Shown: positions 40,343 through 49,480, counted from the first letter of the stretch. The stretch is 57,474 nucleotides of DNA from an uncultured Dehalococcoidia bacterium (GCA_950072105.1 CATMOE010000017.1:1-57474), one strand, 5' to 3'. Numbers and translations: made by a program. The notes: generated from the sequence alone by a model not told the origin.

Positions 40343-41562
40343 TATGTAACCTCACCCACAGTTAGACTCGCTGTTCCGGCGGCCGGTTGCCACGTTACCG
40401 GCTTTATCTTTTCTCGGATCATGCTGCCAAACAGGGCGATGCATCCGGCACCCAGCGCCAGGTTGATACCGGTCATGATCCACAGGTCGTTGATCGCTAG
40501 CACTCCCTGGGAGTCCCGCAGGAAGAAGACCTCCAAGGCGGTGGCGAAAAGGTTGATTATGCTCAAGGGAAGTAAGAACTTCCAGGCGAAAGCCATCAAC
40601 TGGTCGATGCGCAACCTGGGATAAGTAGCCCGCACCCAGATGAAGATAAATGCCACCGCGCCAACTTTTAACAGGAACCAGAACCACCCCAGATAGTCGG
40701 CCAATGGTCCCGCCCAGCCACCCAAAAACAGTGTAACCACAACCATCGACGCGGTCACAACCCCACCGAACTCGGCCGCTTGGATCAACGCGAACTTAAC
40801 GCCGCTGTACTCGGTATGGTAGCCGGCGACGAGTTCGGATTCCGCTTCGGCAACGTCGAAGGGCGTGCGGTTAAGCTCAGCGGAGACCCCGGCCAGAAAA
40901 ACGAACAGGGCCAACGGCTGCACCAGCAGGAAGGGTATCGCCTGGGCTTCAACGACATCCGCTAAAGACATTGAACCCGCCACCATCACCACCCCCAGCA
41001 GGCACAATACAACCGGCACTTCATAGCTTATCAGCACCGCCACTCCCCGGGCCGCTCCGAACATGGCGTAGCGGTTGTTGGAGGACCAACCGGCCATCAG
41101 GATGGCCACGGAACTCAGCGAGGTAACCGCCAGAATATAAAGGATTCCCACGTTCAAGTCGGCCAAGGCCGTGTTCTTGGCGAAGGGCACCACCGCCAGC
41201 ATCAAGATTGCCGGGGCCAGCATCGCGATTGGCGCCGCCAGAAACACGATCTTGTCGGCCGCTGCGGGGGTAATATCCTCCTTGAAGATGAGTTTCAATA
41301 CGTCGGCAAAGGGTTGGAAAGTCCCAAAGGGTCCCCACCGGTTGGGGCCTATCCTGTTGTGGAAACGGCCGATGAGACGCCTTTCCGCGAAGACGAACAC
41401 CGCCGCGCCCATCAGCACCGCGTTCACCAGGATAAACATTATGACCAACCCGGCAGCGACGTAGGAGATCCAACAGGGGAGGACCGTACCTACAAGTTCG
41501 TACACGAACCGGTATACGGGGGTTCCGTATAGGACGTTGTCCGGCGACATCACGCAACTCAA
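40342..41562 (-). CDS. nuoH: NADH-quinone oxidoreductase subunit H
   Basis: RIGPNR, QPFADVLKL, NRTPFDVAEAESELVAGYHTEYSG. Confidence 0.95.
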   Translation of the reverse strand: MSCVMSPDNVLYGTPVYRFVYELVGTVLPCWISYVAAGLVIMFILVNAVLMGAAVFVFAERRLIGRFHNRIGPNRWGPFGTFQPFADVLKLIFKEDITPAAADKIVFLAAPIAMLAPAILMLAVVPFAKNTALADLNVGILYILAVTSLSSVAILMAGWSSNNRYAMFGAARGVAVLISYEVPVVLCLLGVVMVAGSMSLADVVEAQAIPFLLVQPLALFVFLAGVSAELNRTPFDVAEAESELVAGYHTEYSGVKFALIQAAEFGGVVTASMVVVTLFLGGWAGPLADYLGWFWFLLKVGAVAFIFIWVRATYPRLRIDQLMAFAWKFLLPLSIINLFATALEVFFLRDSQGVLAINDLWIMTGINLALGAGCIALFGSMIREKIKPVTWQPAAGTASLTVGEVT

Positions 41563-42665
41563 CGGTCTACTTCCCCCATGTTGATGTCCAGACTACCCAA
41601 GGTCACAATCATATCCGCCAGCTTCCAGCCCACCAGCAGATGCTCGGTGACCGTAAGATTGATCAAAGAGGGGGACCGAATCTTGCAGCGATACGGACTC
41701 ACGCCCCCATCGCTCAGCATATAGAAGGCCAGCTCCCCTTTTGATGCCTCCACCCGGCCGTAAGCCTCGGCCCCCGGCTCGGGCCGGAATACCAAGGGCA
41801 GGTCCAGCCGCACCGGGCCCGGTTCTATGTGCTCCATACACTGGTGGATAATACGCGCGCTCTGGTGGATCTCCTGCATCCTAACCCAGAATCGGTCGTA
41901 ATTGTCACCGTTGGCGCCCACCGGCACGTCGAAGTCTACCCACTCGTAGGCATCGTACGGCTCCATCTTACGCCAGTCCCAAGCGATGCCGCTGGCTCTC
42001 AGCACCGGCCCGCTTACCGAACAGTTGATGGCCATGTCCGGCGAAAGCGGGCTCACGCCCTTGGTGCGCACTAGAACGATCTCGTTCTCCATCACCAATT
42101 GTTCAATCTCGCCTATTTCCGAGGGCAATTCCTGCATGAAATTTTCCAGGGCCGGCCAGAAATCCGGGGGAGTGTCGGAGAACACCCCACCGGGTCTCAT
42201 ATAGGTCAGAGTGATCCTGGCGCCACACAGCATCTCGAACAGATCTAGAATCTTCTCCCTGGTGCGAAACCCGTACATCAACGGCGTTCCCAAAGTTCCC
42301 AGGTCCTGCAAATAGAAACCTATTCCCATCAAGTGGCTGGCGATTCGCTGCAGCTCGGCCACCATCGTGCGCAGCCACTTGGCCCTTAGCGGCGGCTCTA
42401 CCCCCAACAGTTTTTCAACCGCCAGACAGTAGGCCTGGTTGTTAATCATGGAGGAGACGTAGTCCAGCCGGTCAGTTAGCGTGACTATTTGAACATAGGT
42501 CCGCTCTTCGGCCAGTTTCTCCGTCCCCCGGTGCAGGTAGCCGAAAACCGGCTCCACCTCAAGTATCTCTTCCCCGTCGAAGGTCACACGTAGTCGAAAC
42601 ACCCCATGGGTACTGGGGTGCTGGGGACCCACGTTGATCGTCATCGGTTCGGTGTGAATGGGCAT
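41559..42665 (-). CDS. nuoD: NADH-quinone oxidoreductase subunit D
   Basis: GPQHPSTHGV, GYLHRGTEK, RLDY, GEVDR. Confidence 0.96.
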   Translation of the reverse strand: MPIHTEPMTINVGPQHPSTHGVFRLRVTFDGEEILEVEPVFGYLHRGTEKLAEERTYVQIVTLTDRLDYVSSMINNQAYCLAVEKLLGVEPPLRAKWLRTMVAELQRIASHLMGIGFYLQDLGTLGTPLMYGFRTREKILDLFEMLCGARITLTYMRPGGVFSDTPPDFWPALENFMQELPSEIGEIEQLVMENEIVLVRTKGVSPLSPDMAINCSVSGPVLRASGIAWDWRKMEPYDAYEWVDFDVPVGANGDNYDRFWVRMQEIHQSARIIHQCMEHIEPGPVRLDLPLVFRPEPGAEAYGRVEASKGELAFYMLSDGGVSPYRCKIRSPSLINLTVTEHLLVGWKLADMIVTLGSLDINMGEVDR

Positions 42666-42679
42666 TCTTCGCCTTCGGC

Positions 42680-42752
42680 GGCTGTCAGCTTTCAGCGCTC
42701 AGCTTTCAGCACAGTGTTCTTGCTGATAGCTGTCGGCTGAACGCTGATAGCT
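42680..42752. repeat. Heptamer arrays in inverted orientation forming a hairpin (family B)
   Basis: GCTGTCAGCTTTCAGCGCTCAGCTTTCAGC ... GCTGATAGCTGTCGGCTGAACGCTGATAGC. Confidence 0.8.
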
Positions 42753-43194
42753 ATAAAAAATCCTTACGCAAGGGATGGCCTTCAAATCCTTCCCATAGCA
42801 TGATCCGCTTCATATTAGGGTGTCCTTGGAAATCGACGCCCATCAAGTCCCAGACCTCCCGTTCCTGGAAATCGGCCCCCCGCCACACGTGATAAACCGA
42901 TGGCACAGACAAGGACTCACGCCCGTGTAACCTGGTCTTGATCACGGCGGTGTGCTGGAGACGGAAAGAGGTCAGGTGATATACGACGTCGAAATACTCG
43001 ATGAAATCTATGGCGCTGATCGCGTTGAGAAACTGGAAGTCTAGGGAAGAGTCATCCCGCAGAAACCGGGCAACGTCCTCGACTTTCGAGGAATCCACCC
43101 ACACAACCTCTTCTTCCCACCGCTCCACCGAAGCCGGGACACCTGCGCTAAGACGCTCCGCCAACTCCGCCCCGGTCAATGCCTGAACCGGCAT
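42751..43194 (-). CDS. nuoC: NADH-quinone oxidoreductase subunit C
   Basis: EREVWDLMG..GHP..GHPLRKDF. Confidence 0.95.
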   Translation of the reverse strand: MPVQALTGAELAERLSAGVPASVERWEEEVVWVDSSKVEDVARFLRDDSSLDFQFLNAISAIDFIEYFDVVYHLTSFRLQHTAVIKTRLHGRESLSVPSVYHVWRGADFQEREVWDLMGVDFQGHPNMKRIMLWEGFEGHPLRKDFL

Positions 43195-43895
43195 CAGGGA
43201 TTGCCTTGTGAACCGGGGACGCCGTCTTCCGGCAAAGTTTCCACGGGAGGCCTTTCAGCGGTAACCTGTCCGGAGATGGGTGGACGGGCGGACTTGCCCA
43301 TGTTGCGGTATTTTTTGATCTTCTCGTGCAATTCCATGATGCCGAATAGCAGGGCGTCGGGGCGGGGCGGGCATCCTGGCACGTAAACATCGACGGGGAT
43401 TATGTGGTCCACGCCGGGCACCACGCTGTAGGAACCGTAATAAGGGCCGCCGCTGGTGGCGCAAACCCCCATGGATATCACCCACTTGGGGTCGCCCATC
43501 TGATCGTAGATCCGCTGGATCGCCGGGGCCATCTTCCAGGTCACGGTGCCCGCGACAATCATCAAGTCCGCCTGGCGTGGCGAAGCCCGGAAAGCCTCCA
43601 TGCCGAAGCGGGCGATGTCGAACCGGCCCATGGCGGTGGCAATCATCTCGAAGGCGCAACAAGCCAAGCCGAACGTGACGGGCCACAGAGCGGACTTCCT
43701 GCTCCAGTTGATCAAGGCGTCCACCGACGTAACCACCAGGTTGCCCTTCAGGTCGTCGGGAACTTGAATAAAAGGCTCAGCCAAGGGTTCGGTCGATGAG
43801 TCCTTCAGCCCTTGGACCGTCCTCCCTTCTTCCCGGTCGATGTCCCAGGTTCGGCTGTTGAGAGGTCCGTCTTCGTTGGATATCTCCGAGCTCAA
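43194..43895 (-). CDS. nuoB: NADH-quinone oxidoreductase subunit B
   Basis: [22 protein letters not shown]. Confidence 0.96.
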   Translation of the reverse strand: MSSEISNEDGPLNSRTWDIDREEGRTVQGLKDSSTEPLAEPFIQVPDDLKGNLVVTSVDALINWSRKSALWPVTFGLACCAFEMIATAMGRFDIARFGMEAFRASPRQADLMIVAGTVTWKMAPAIQRIYDQMGDPKWVISMGVCATSGGPYYGSYSVVPGVDHIIPVDVYVPGCPPRPDALLFGIMELHEKIKKYRNMGKSARPPISGQVTAERPPVETLPEDGVPGSQGNP

Positions 43896-43901
43896 TTCAG
43901 C

Positions 43902-44285
43902 CTACCCCCACTCCAGATCTCTTTTGCGCCAAGCGTAGGCCCAGCCCACCAACAGAATGAGCACGAAGACCAGCATTTCAATGAGAGCGAAAAGCTCCAG
44001 TTGGAGGAACTTGGCCGCCCAGGGATAGAGAAACACCACTTCAACGTCAAAGATGACGAAGAGGATGGCATACATATAGTAGCGGAAATTAAAGAGGTTC
44101 CAACGGCCCCCGATGGCTTCCATCCCGCACTCGTAGGTCTCCAGTTTCACGGGGGTGGGATTGGTGGGACGTAGGCCCAGCCGGGACATCATCCAAGAGG
44201 CAGTCACCATACTGATAGGAACGAAAAGAGCGACGCCGAAGAAGATGGCGATCAAGCCATATTGGCGGAAATAATCGTCTAGCAT
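43902..44285 (-). CDS. nuoA: NADH-quinone oxidoreductase subunit A
   Basis: [19 protein letters not shown]. Confidence 0.96.
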   Translation of the reverse strand: MLDDYFRQYGLIAIFFGVALFVPISMVTASWMMSRLGLRPTNPTPVKLETYECGMEAIGGRWNLFNFRYYMYAILFVIFDVEVVFLYPWAAKFLQLELFALIEMLVFVLILLVGWAYAWRKRDLEWG

Positions 44286-44320
44286 AAGCCTCTGCTCAGG
44301 CTGGGTCCGCTTCGGCTGGA

Positions 44321-44365
44321 ATTATATCATAGGGCTTTGAGGGGCGATAGTGAAATTCTGCACAA
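44321..44365 (-). promoter_or_regulatory. nuo promoter (extended -10) with a probable Rex operator
   Basis: Minus strand TGa-TATAAT at 44329-44321; TTGTGCA-gaat-TTCACTA (44365-44348) has 2 mismatches to the Rex consensus TTGTGAA-N4-TTCACAA. Confidence 0.65.
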
Positions 44366-44430
44366 TGCGGATCTGGCCAATACATTGAGATTTTTACACG
44401 TTTACCTGAGCCTGTTAAGATGGGTGTGGC

Positions 44431-44466
44431 TCTCACCCCAGGCCCCTCTCCCTGAGTGAGAGGGGT
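44431..44466. repeat. GC-rich palindromic repeat (family A-related)
   Basis: CTCACCCCAGGCCCCTCTCCCTGAGTGAGAGGGGTG. Confidence 0.6.
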
Positions 44467-44523
44467 GCCCATATGAAATCAGTTCGGGGTTAGTGCAAAC
44501 TCGATTGGAGAAAGCCAAGAGAC

Positions 44524-45288
44524 ATGCCTCAACCCAAGCTGCTGATCGCCACGGGCAACCCGGGCAAGATGCGGGAGTATCGCGATCTTCTACGGGCCGT
44601 TCCGTTCCAACTCGTTTCCCTTTCCGACATGGGCATCACTGATGAGGTAGAAGAAACCGGGGTCACGTTTCACGAGAACGCAGCCCTGAAGACCAGCGGT
44701 TACGCCGCCCTCAATGGGCTGCTAACTTTGGCCGACGACTCAGGTCTTGAAGTTGATGCCCTGGACGGTGCTCCCGGAGTCTATTCCGCCCGCTACGGGG
44801 AACTTCCGTCAACGCCGACTGATCAATTCCTCCCAGGAACCGGGCAAGAGGGCAAAATGACTGACGAAGACCGGGTCGCGCTGCTTCTCCGCAACCTGGA
44901 GGGCGTTCCTTGGGAGCGGCGAACCGCCCGATTCCGCTGTGTTATAGCCATCGGGAGGCCTAATCAAGAAGGGGGCGAGCGGACCGGGAGCGATTCTCAA
45001 GCCGGCGAGGAAATCCCCCCAACCCCCCTTTACGAAAGGGGGGCTTTTAGTGGGTTAACTTTCATGGTGGGGTCGGTTGCGGGAATGATACAATATGAGC
45101 CGGTGGGTGACGAAGGATTCGGCTACGATCCGGTGTTCTACCTGCCCTCATTCGGCCAAACCCTGGCCCAGATTTCTTTGGCTGATAAGAACCTTATTAG
45201 CCATCGTTCAGACGCGGCCCGCAAAGCGGTGGCATTCTTGACCGATAAGCTTTCGGCGATCAACGATAGGCCGAATGCTGACATCTGA
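44524..45288 (+). CDS. rdgB: Non-canonical purine NTP pyrophosphatase (RdgB/HAM1) with repeat-derived insertions
   Basis: ATGNPGK, ADDSGLEVDAL..PGVYSAR, GFGYDPVF, KNLISHR. Confidence 0.93.
   Translation: MPQPKLLIATGNPGKMREYRDLLRAVPFQLVSLSDMGITDEVEETGVTFHENAALKTSGYAALNGLLTLADDSGLEVDALDGAPGVYSARYGELPSTPTDQFLPGTGQEGKMTDEDRVALLLRNLEGVPWERRTARFRCVIAIGRPNQEGGERTGSDSQAGEEIPPTPLYERGAFSGLTFMVGSVAGMIQYEPVGDEGFGYDPVFYLPSFGQTLAQISLADKNLISHRSDAARKAVAFLTDKLSAINDRPNADI
45011..45045 (+). repeat. Family A palindromic repeat inserted in frame in rdgB
   Basis: AAATCCCCCCAACCCCCCTTTACGAAAGGGGGGCT, translated as EIPPTPLYERGA. Confidence 0.85.
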
Positions 45289-45306
45289 AAAGGACAAAAC
45301 CTTCGA

Positions 45307-46320
45307 GTGATAACCGATACCATGGGCAGGCCTCTCAAGGACCTGCGAATCTCCGTAACCGACCGATGCAATTTCCGCTGCACCTACTGCATGCCGGCGG
45401 AGATCTTCGGCGAAAGCTATAAATTCCTTCCTAAGAACGAGATCCTCAGCTTTGAGGAGATTGCGCGCCTCGCCCGCATTTTCGTTGAGTTCGGCGTCAA
45501 CAAACTGCGAATCACCGGTGGCGAACCTCTCTTACGGACCGACCTGCACAAACTGATCGCCATGCTGACCGGCATGCCAGGCTTGGAAGACTTGACGCTC
45601 ACCACCAACGCCTTTCTCTTGCCCCAGCAAGCCCAGCAGCTCAAGGACGCCGGGCTACAGCGGGTTACGATCAGTTTGGACACTTTGGACGATGAAGTCT
45701 TCAAAGAGATGAACGGCCGGGGAATCAGCATCGACCGGGTGCTGAAGGGCATCGATGCCGCCGCCGCAGTCGGGCTGGCTCCCATCAAGATCAACGCCGT
45801 AGTCCAGAAAGGAGTCAACGACCACACAGTGGTGGACCTAGCCCGCCACTTCAAAGGGTCCGGCCACATCGTCAGATTCATTGAATACATGGACGTAGGC
45901 AACCGAAACGGTTGGAAGTGGGACCAGGTGGTGCCGGCGGCGGAGATCGTCCAGCAGATCGACGCCGAGATGCCCCTGGAGCCGGTGGACAGCAACTATC
46001 CCGGAGAGGTCGCCAATCGCTATCGCTACCGGGACGGCCAGGGAGAGATCGGCGTCATCTCGTCGGTGTCCCAGCCCTTCTGCGCCAACTGCACCCGATC
46101 CCGGTTGTCCACCGACGGCAAGCTCTACACCTGCCTGTTCGCCAGCACGGGAGTGAGCCTGCGAGACGAGATGAGGGCCGGAGCCAGCGACGATGACCTC
46201 CGGAACTTGATAACCCGAATCTGGACCCGCCGCACCGACCGCTACTCGGAAGAGCGGACCGAACTGGCCTCTCTTCAAAACGTCCCAGCCAAAGTCGAGA
46301 TGTACCAGATCGGCGGCTGA
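45307..46320 (+). CDS. moaA: GTP 3',8-cyclase (radical SAM)
   Basis: LRISVTDRCNFRCTYC, TGGEP, RFIEYM, FCANC..C, C-terminal IGG. Confidence 0.96.
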   Translation: MITDTMGRPLKDLRISVTDRCNFRCTYCMPAEIFGESYKFLPKNEILSFEEIARLARIFVEFGVNKLRITGGEPLLRTDLHKLIAMLTGMPGLEDLTLTTNAFLLPQQAQQLKDAGLQRVTISLDTLDDEVFKEMNGRGISIDRVLKGIDAAAAVGLAPIKINAVVQKGVNDHTVVDLARHFKGSGHIVRFIEYMDVGNRNGWKWDQVVPAAEIVQQIDAEMPLEPVDSNYPGEVANRYRYRDGQGEIGVISSVSQPFCANCTRSRLSTDGKLYTCLFASTGVSLRDEMRAGASDDDLRNLITRIWTRRTDRYSEERTELASLQNVPAKVEMYQIGG

Positions 46321-46347
46321 CCGCCGATAACTGAAAGCTGATGGCTT
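46316..46347. repeat. Heptamer repeat (family B) overlapping the moaA stop codon
   Basis: GCTGACCGCCGATAACTGAAAGCTGATGGCT. Confidence 0.7.
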
Positions 46348-46353
46348 ATAGGA

Positions 46354-47277
46354 TTGACTACTACTAACGCCATAACCATATACACCGACGGCTCATGCCT
46401 AGGTAATCCCGGCCCCGGAGGCTGGGGCGCCTTAGTATTTGGCGAGTCTGAAGTGCCGCGGCGTCTCTCGGGGCATGAGGCTCAGACCACCAACAACCGC
46501 ATGGAATTGATGGCGGCGATCCAGGGATTGGAGGCCGTTCCAGCTGGGTCGAAGGTTGTACTCCACAGCGACAGCAGTTATTTGGTCAACACCATGACCA
46601 AAAATTGGAAGAGGCGGGTGAATCATGACCTGTGGGAACGCCTTGATGCCCTTTCCGGGTCCCACAACGTGGAATGGCGCTGGGTGCGTGGGCACAATGG
46701 GGACCGATGGAACGAAGCGGCCGACCGTCTGGCGGTGGCTGCCATGAACATCGCCGCCGGCCGTGATTCCGGAGCCGCTTCCGAGCCTGAGAAACCCGCC
46801 AAGTCATTGACCCATATCGACGATGAGGGCCGGGCCCGCATGGTGGACGTGGGAGACAAGCCCGTCACCGACCGGGAAGCCACGGCCAAGGGACACGTCA
46901 CGGTCCAGCCCGAAACCCTCAGGTTGATCAAAGAGGGGCTGATGAAGAAGGGAGACGTTCTCACCATCGCCCAACTGGCCGGAATAATGGGAGCCAAGCG
47001 CACCTCCGAGTTGATACCCCTCTGCCACCCCTTGCCCCTGAATCAGGTGAGCGTCGACTTCGAACTGGACGAATCCAACAGCCGGATAGAGATCACCGCC
47101 AGCGCGCGCACCTCGTCGAAAACCGGCGTGGAGATGGAAGCCCTTACCGCCGTGTCCATTGCCGCGCTCACCGTCTACGACATGTGCAAGGCCGTGGACC
47201 GGGGCATCCGCATCGAGAACATCCGCTTGGTGCGCAAGCGAGGAGGCCAGAGCGGGGACATCACCCTGGAGGAATAG
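46354..47277 (+). CDS. rnhA-moaC: Fusion of ribonuclease HI (N-terminal) and cyclic pyranopterin monophosphate synthase MoaC (C-terminal)
   Basis: [36 protein letters not shown]; linker; [33 protein letters not shown]. Confidence 0.93.
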   Translation: MTTTNAITIYTDGSCLGNPGPGGWGALVFGESEVPRRLSGHEAQTTNNRMELMAAIQGLEAVPAGSKVVLHSDSSYLVNTMTKNWKRRVNHDLWERLDALSGSHNVEWRWVRGHNGDRWNEAADRLAVAAMNIAAGRDSGAASEPEKPAKSLTHIDDEGRARMVDVGDKPVTDREATAKGHVTVQPETLRLIKEGLMKKGDVLTIAQLAGIMGAKRTSELIPLCHPLPLNQVSVDFELDESNSRIEITASARTSSKTGVEMEALTAVSIAALTVYDMCKAVDRGIRIENIRLVRKRGGQSGDITLEE

Positions 47278-47305
47278 TCTCCCGTGGTGATTCGTTGATC
47301 GTCAG

Positions 47306-48043
47306 ATGGAGATTCGCCCCGGCATTCACCAGGTCCCCGGACTAAAGTGGAGCAACGCCTATCTGCTGGTGGAAGACGAGGGCCTGACCCTTATCGACGG
47401 CGGCATCCCCGGTGACGGATCGAAGATCCTCCGTTATATCAGCTACCTGGGGCACACTCCGCAGGATCTGACTCGCATCGTCCTTACCCACAGCCATCCG
47501 GACCATTCCGGTCCCATGAAAGAGCTGTCCCGGATAAGCGGCGCCACCATCGCCGTGCACGAAAAGGATACCCGGTACCAGCCGAAGACCGGCGGACGGA
47601 GGCTACATTATCCCGGCCAACCGCCAGCGTTCGATTGGAACGTCCCTTTCCTCCGCCGCATCCCTGCCCATGAAACCATCGAGGATGGACAGATATTGCC
47701 CGTTATGGGCGGACTGCAGGTGCTTCACACGCCGGGACATACACCGGGCAGCGTGTGTCTCCACCTGCCTGAACACGGGGTACTATTCACCGGAGACATA
47801 CTGCTGTCCAACGGGCGCCGCTTCCGCCGCCCCGTCTATTTTCCCGGAACCGATCTGAAGGACTACCGGGCATCGGTGGAGCGGCTGGCGGGGTTGACCT
47901 TCGAGACAGCTTGCGGGGGCCACGGAGACCCGATACTTGAGGAGGGGACCGCCCGTCTCCACGAGATGCTGGACAGCTATTCGTGGATCAGCCCCCGCTG
48001 GACCGAGCTCAAACGCTGGGCCCGGTTACTATTCCCCCACTAA
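47306..48043 (+). CDS. Metallo-beta-lactamase-fold hydrolase
   Basis: THSHPDH, TPGHTPG, FTGD, GHG. Confidence 0.9.
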   Translation: MEIRPGIHQVPGLKWSNAYLLVEDEGLTLIDGGIPGDGSKILRYISYLGHTPQDLTRIVLTHSHPDHSGPMKELSRISGATIAVHEKDTRYQPKTGGRRLHYPGQPPAFDWNVPFLRRIPAHETIEDGQILPVMGGLQVLHTPGHTPGSVCLHLPEHGVLFTGDILLSNGRRFRRPVYFPGTDLKDYRASVERLAGLTFETACGGHGDPILEEGTARLHEMLDSYSWISPRWTELKRWARLLFPH

Positions 48044-48231
48044 CCCCAGGACACTCCCCGACCCCACACGCTTCCAAGGGACCAGACGCGATTTCCCCCC
48101 TTGGTTTTTTCTGCCTAACCGCGAAGCAAGTCAGGATACCCATCCAATAATGGTAATCGGTATCCGTTGAGAGAACGGGGTAAATCCGGAGGTTCTAGGG
48201 CATCTGGCGGCCCAAAAAAAATCCGCCCCCA

Positions 48232-48618
48232 CTACCCACCCCGGTGCCGAAGCTCCTGACGCAGCAGCCGTATCGCCGTGGCCGCGTACACGATGTACTC
48301 CTCGTCCGGCAATTCCAACTCAGTGAATCGCTCAACTTGGTCGATGTCCATGATCCCTTGGATCCCTGGCATCACCGACAGGTCCATCTCGCAGATCTCG
48401 CCCTCGGGCAACACCACCACGCAGCCATGGTCCGCGGTGGGCGCGAAGGGGGGCTCCAACTCCACGGCCTGCAACGAATCCATGTTAAGAAAGGCCGGAA
48501 AAGGCCGCAGACTCTGGGCCAACTCGGCCAACAGTTCTCTAAGCCGCGCCGCCGCGTCCCGGAGGACGGATTCGGCGGCCACTAGGATGTCTTCTTTTTC
48601 GTCTTGTTTTGGGTTCAT
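48232..48618 (-). CDS. Hypothetical protein
   Basis: 128-aa ORF with protein-like acidic composition and a TATCAT -10-like box upstream. Confidence 0.65.
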   Translation of the reverse strand: MNPKQDEKEDILVAAESVLRDAAARLRELLAELAQSLRPFPAFLNMDSLQAVELEPPFAPTADHGCVVVLPEGEICEMDLSVMPGIQGIMDIDQVERFTELELPDEEYIVYAATAIRLLRQELRHRGG

Positions 48619-48683
48619 TGCCGAAACATGATAAGCGAATTAGGCCCAATGGGGAAATCCGTTAAGACCACGATAACTCACAC

Positions 48684-48720
48684 CTGAAAGCTGACGGCAG
48701 ATAGCTGAAAGCCGTCAAGC
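48684..48720. repeat. Heptamer repeat (family B)
   Basis: CTGAAAGCTGACGGCAGATAGCTGAAAGCCG. Confidence 0.7.
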
Positions 48721-48726
48721 TTCTGA

Positions 48727-48756
48727 TTGACAGCGTTCGGAGGCTAGGCTTAACAT
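48727..48756 (+). promoter_or_regulatory. Sigma70 promoter for the tRNA
   Basis: TTGACA-N18-TAACAT. Confidence 0.7.
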
Positions 48757-48804
48757 TGATTACGCTGGAGGAACACCTGGCGGCTGGCCGGTGTACTCCG
48801 TAGT

Positions 48805-48879
48805 GGCGACGTAGCTCAGCGGCAGAGCGGGCGCTTCATAAGCGCTAGGTCACTGGTTCGAACCCAGTCGTCGCCACCA
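48805..48879 (+). tRNA. tRNA-Met (CAT), elongator type
   Basis: GGCGACG/CGTCGCC acceptor stem with paired G1-C72, TAGCTCAG D arm, anticodon loop TTCATAA, GGTTCGAA T loop, encoded CCA; tRNA-Ile2 not formally excluded. Confidence 0.93.
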
Positions 48880-48996
48880 TTTGACAATTAGTAGCACTTT
48901 TGCGAAGCTAAATGTAGTCCAATCAGGAGGGCTGTCATGGCTTCCAAATCATCTAGTTCGGATGTTAGTGCGCCTAATTATTCCTCTGAACCACTC

Positions 48997-49041
48997 TGTT
49001 GGCAACCAGCAAAAGTGTCCCACTTTTGCTGGTTGCCAACA
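48997..49041. repeat. Perfect 21-bp inverted repeat
   Basis: TGTTGGCAACCAGCAAAAGTG-tcc-CACTTTTGCTGGTTGCCAACA. Confidence 0.9.
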
Positions 49042-49263
49042 TATGCACTAAAATATAATCCTATCTCCCCGCAAGAATGACTATGTGACGCTTTGCGGAC
49101 TGGAATCACCTCCTCACCTCAGGGTTTCTCAGGATTGCTAAAAAATTGGCTGGGATTTCGGGATTTGGTCCCAGCAATCGCAGAGGGCTGGATTCTGTGG
49201 TTACAGGCCGACAGCCCTAAAAGTACCCCATCCCAATGCGGTCCCAAGGGAAGGGTCGCTAAA

Positions 49264-49350
49264 TAAGAAAAGCCCCCTCATCGACGGGGCTTTGTTCTTC
49301 GTTGGCGCTGGGCAAAAAAAGAGCGCCCTCACCAGTTTGTGAAAGCGCTC
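49264..49350 (-). terminator. Two consecutive terminator-like hairpins
   Basis: Minus strand GAGCGCTTTCAC..GTGAGGGCGCTC-T7, then AAAGCCCC..GGGGCTTTTCTT. Confidence 0.7.
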
Positions 49351-49480
49351 CGCTATCATAGCATGTTGGGATCGGTTTTGTCAATGTTTTGTGCCTAGGA
49401 TTCAAAAAACCCTTGCCGGTGGGGTTCACTCCCGACCAGTACCGTCTAGGCGGCGATTAACCCAACTTCGGTGCAGGACA

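Noticed and set aside
25408..42752. Short repeats as a CRISPR array
   Set aside because: Units are 7-mers or isolated palindromes with no regular repeat-spacer period, and there are no cas genes
48881..48915. TTGACA right after the tRNA as a promoter
   Set aside because: No -10 hexamer at 16-18 nt spacing
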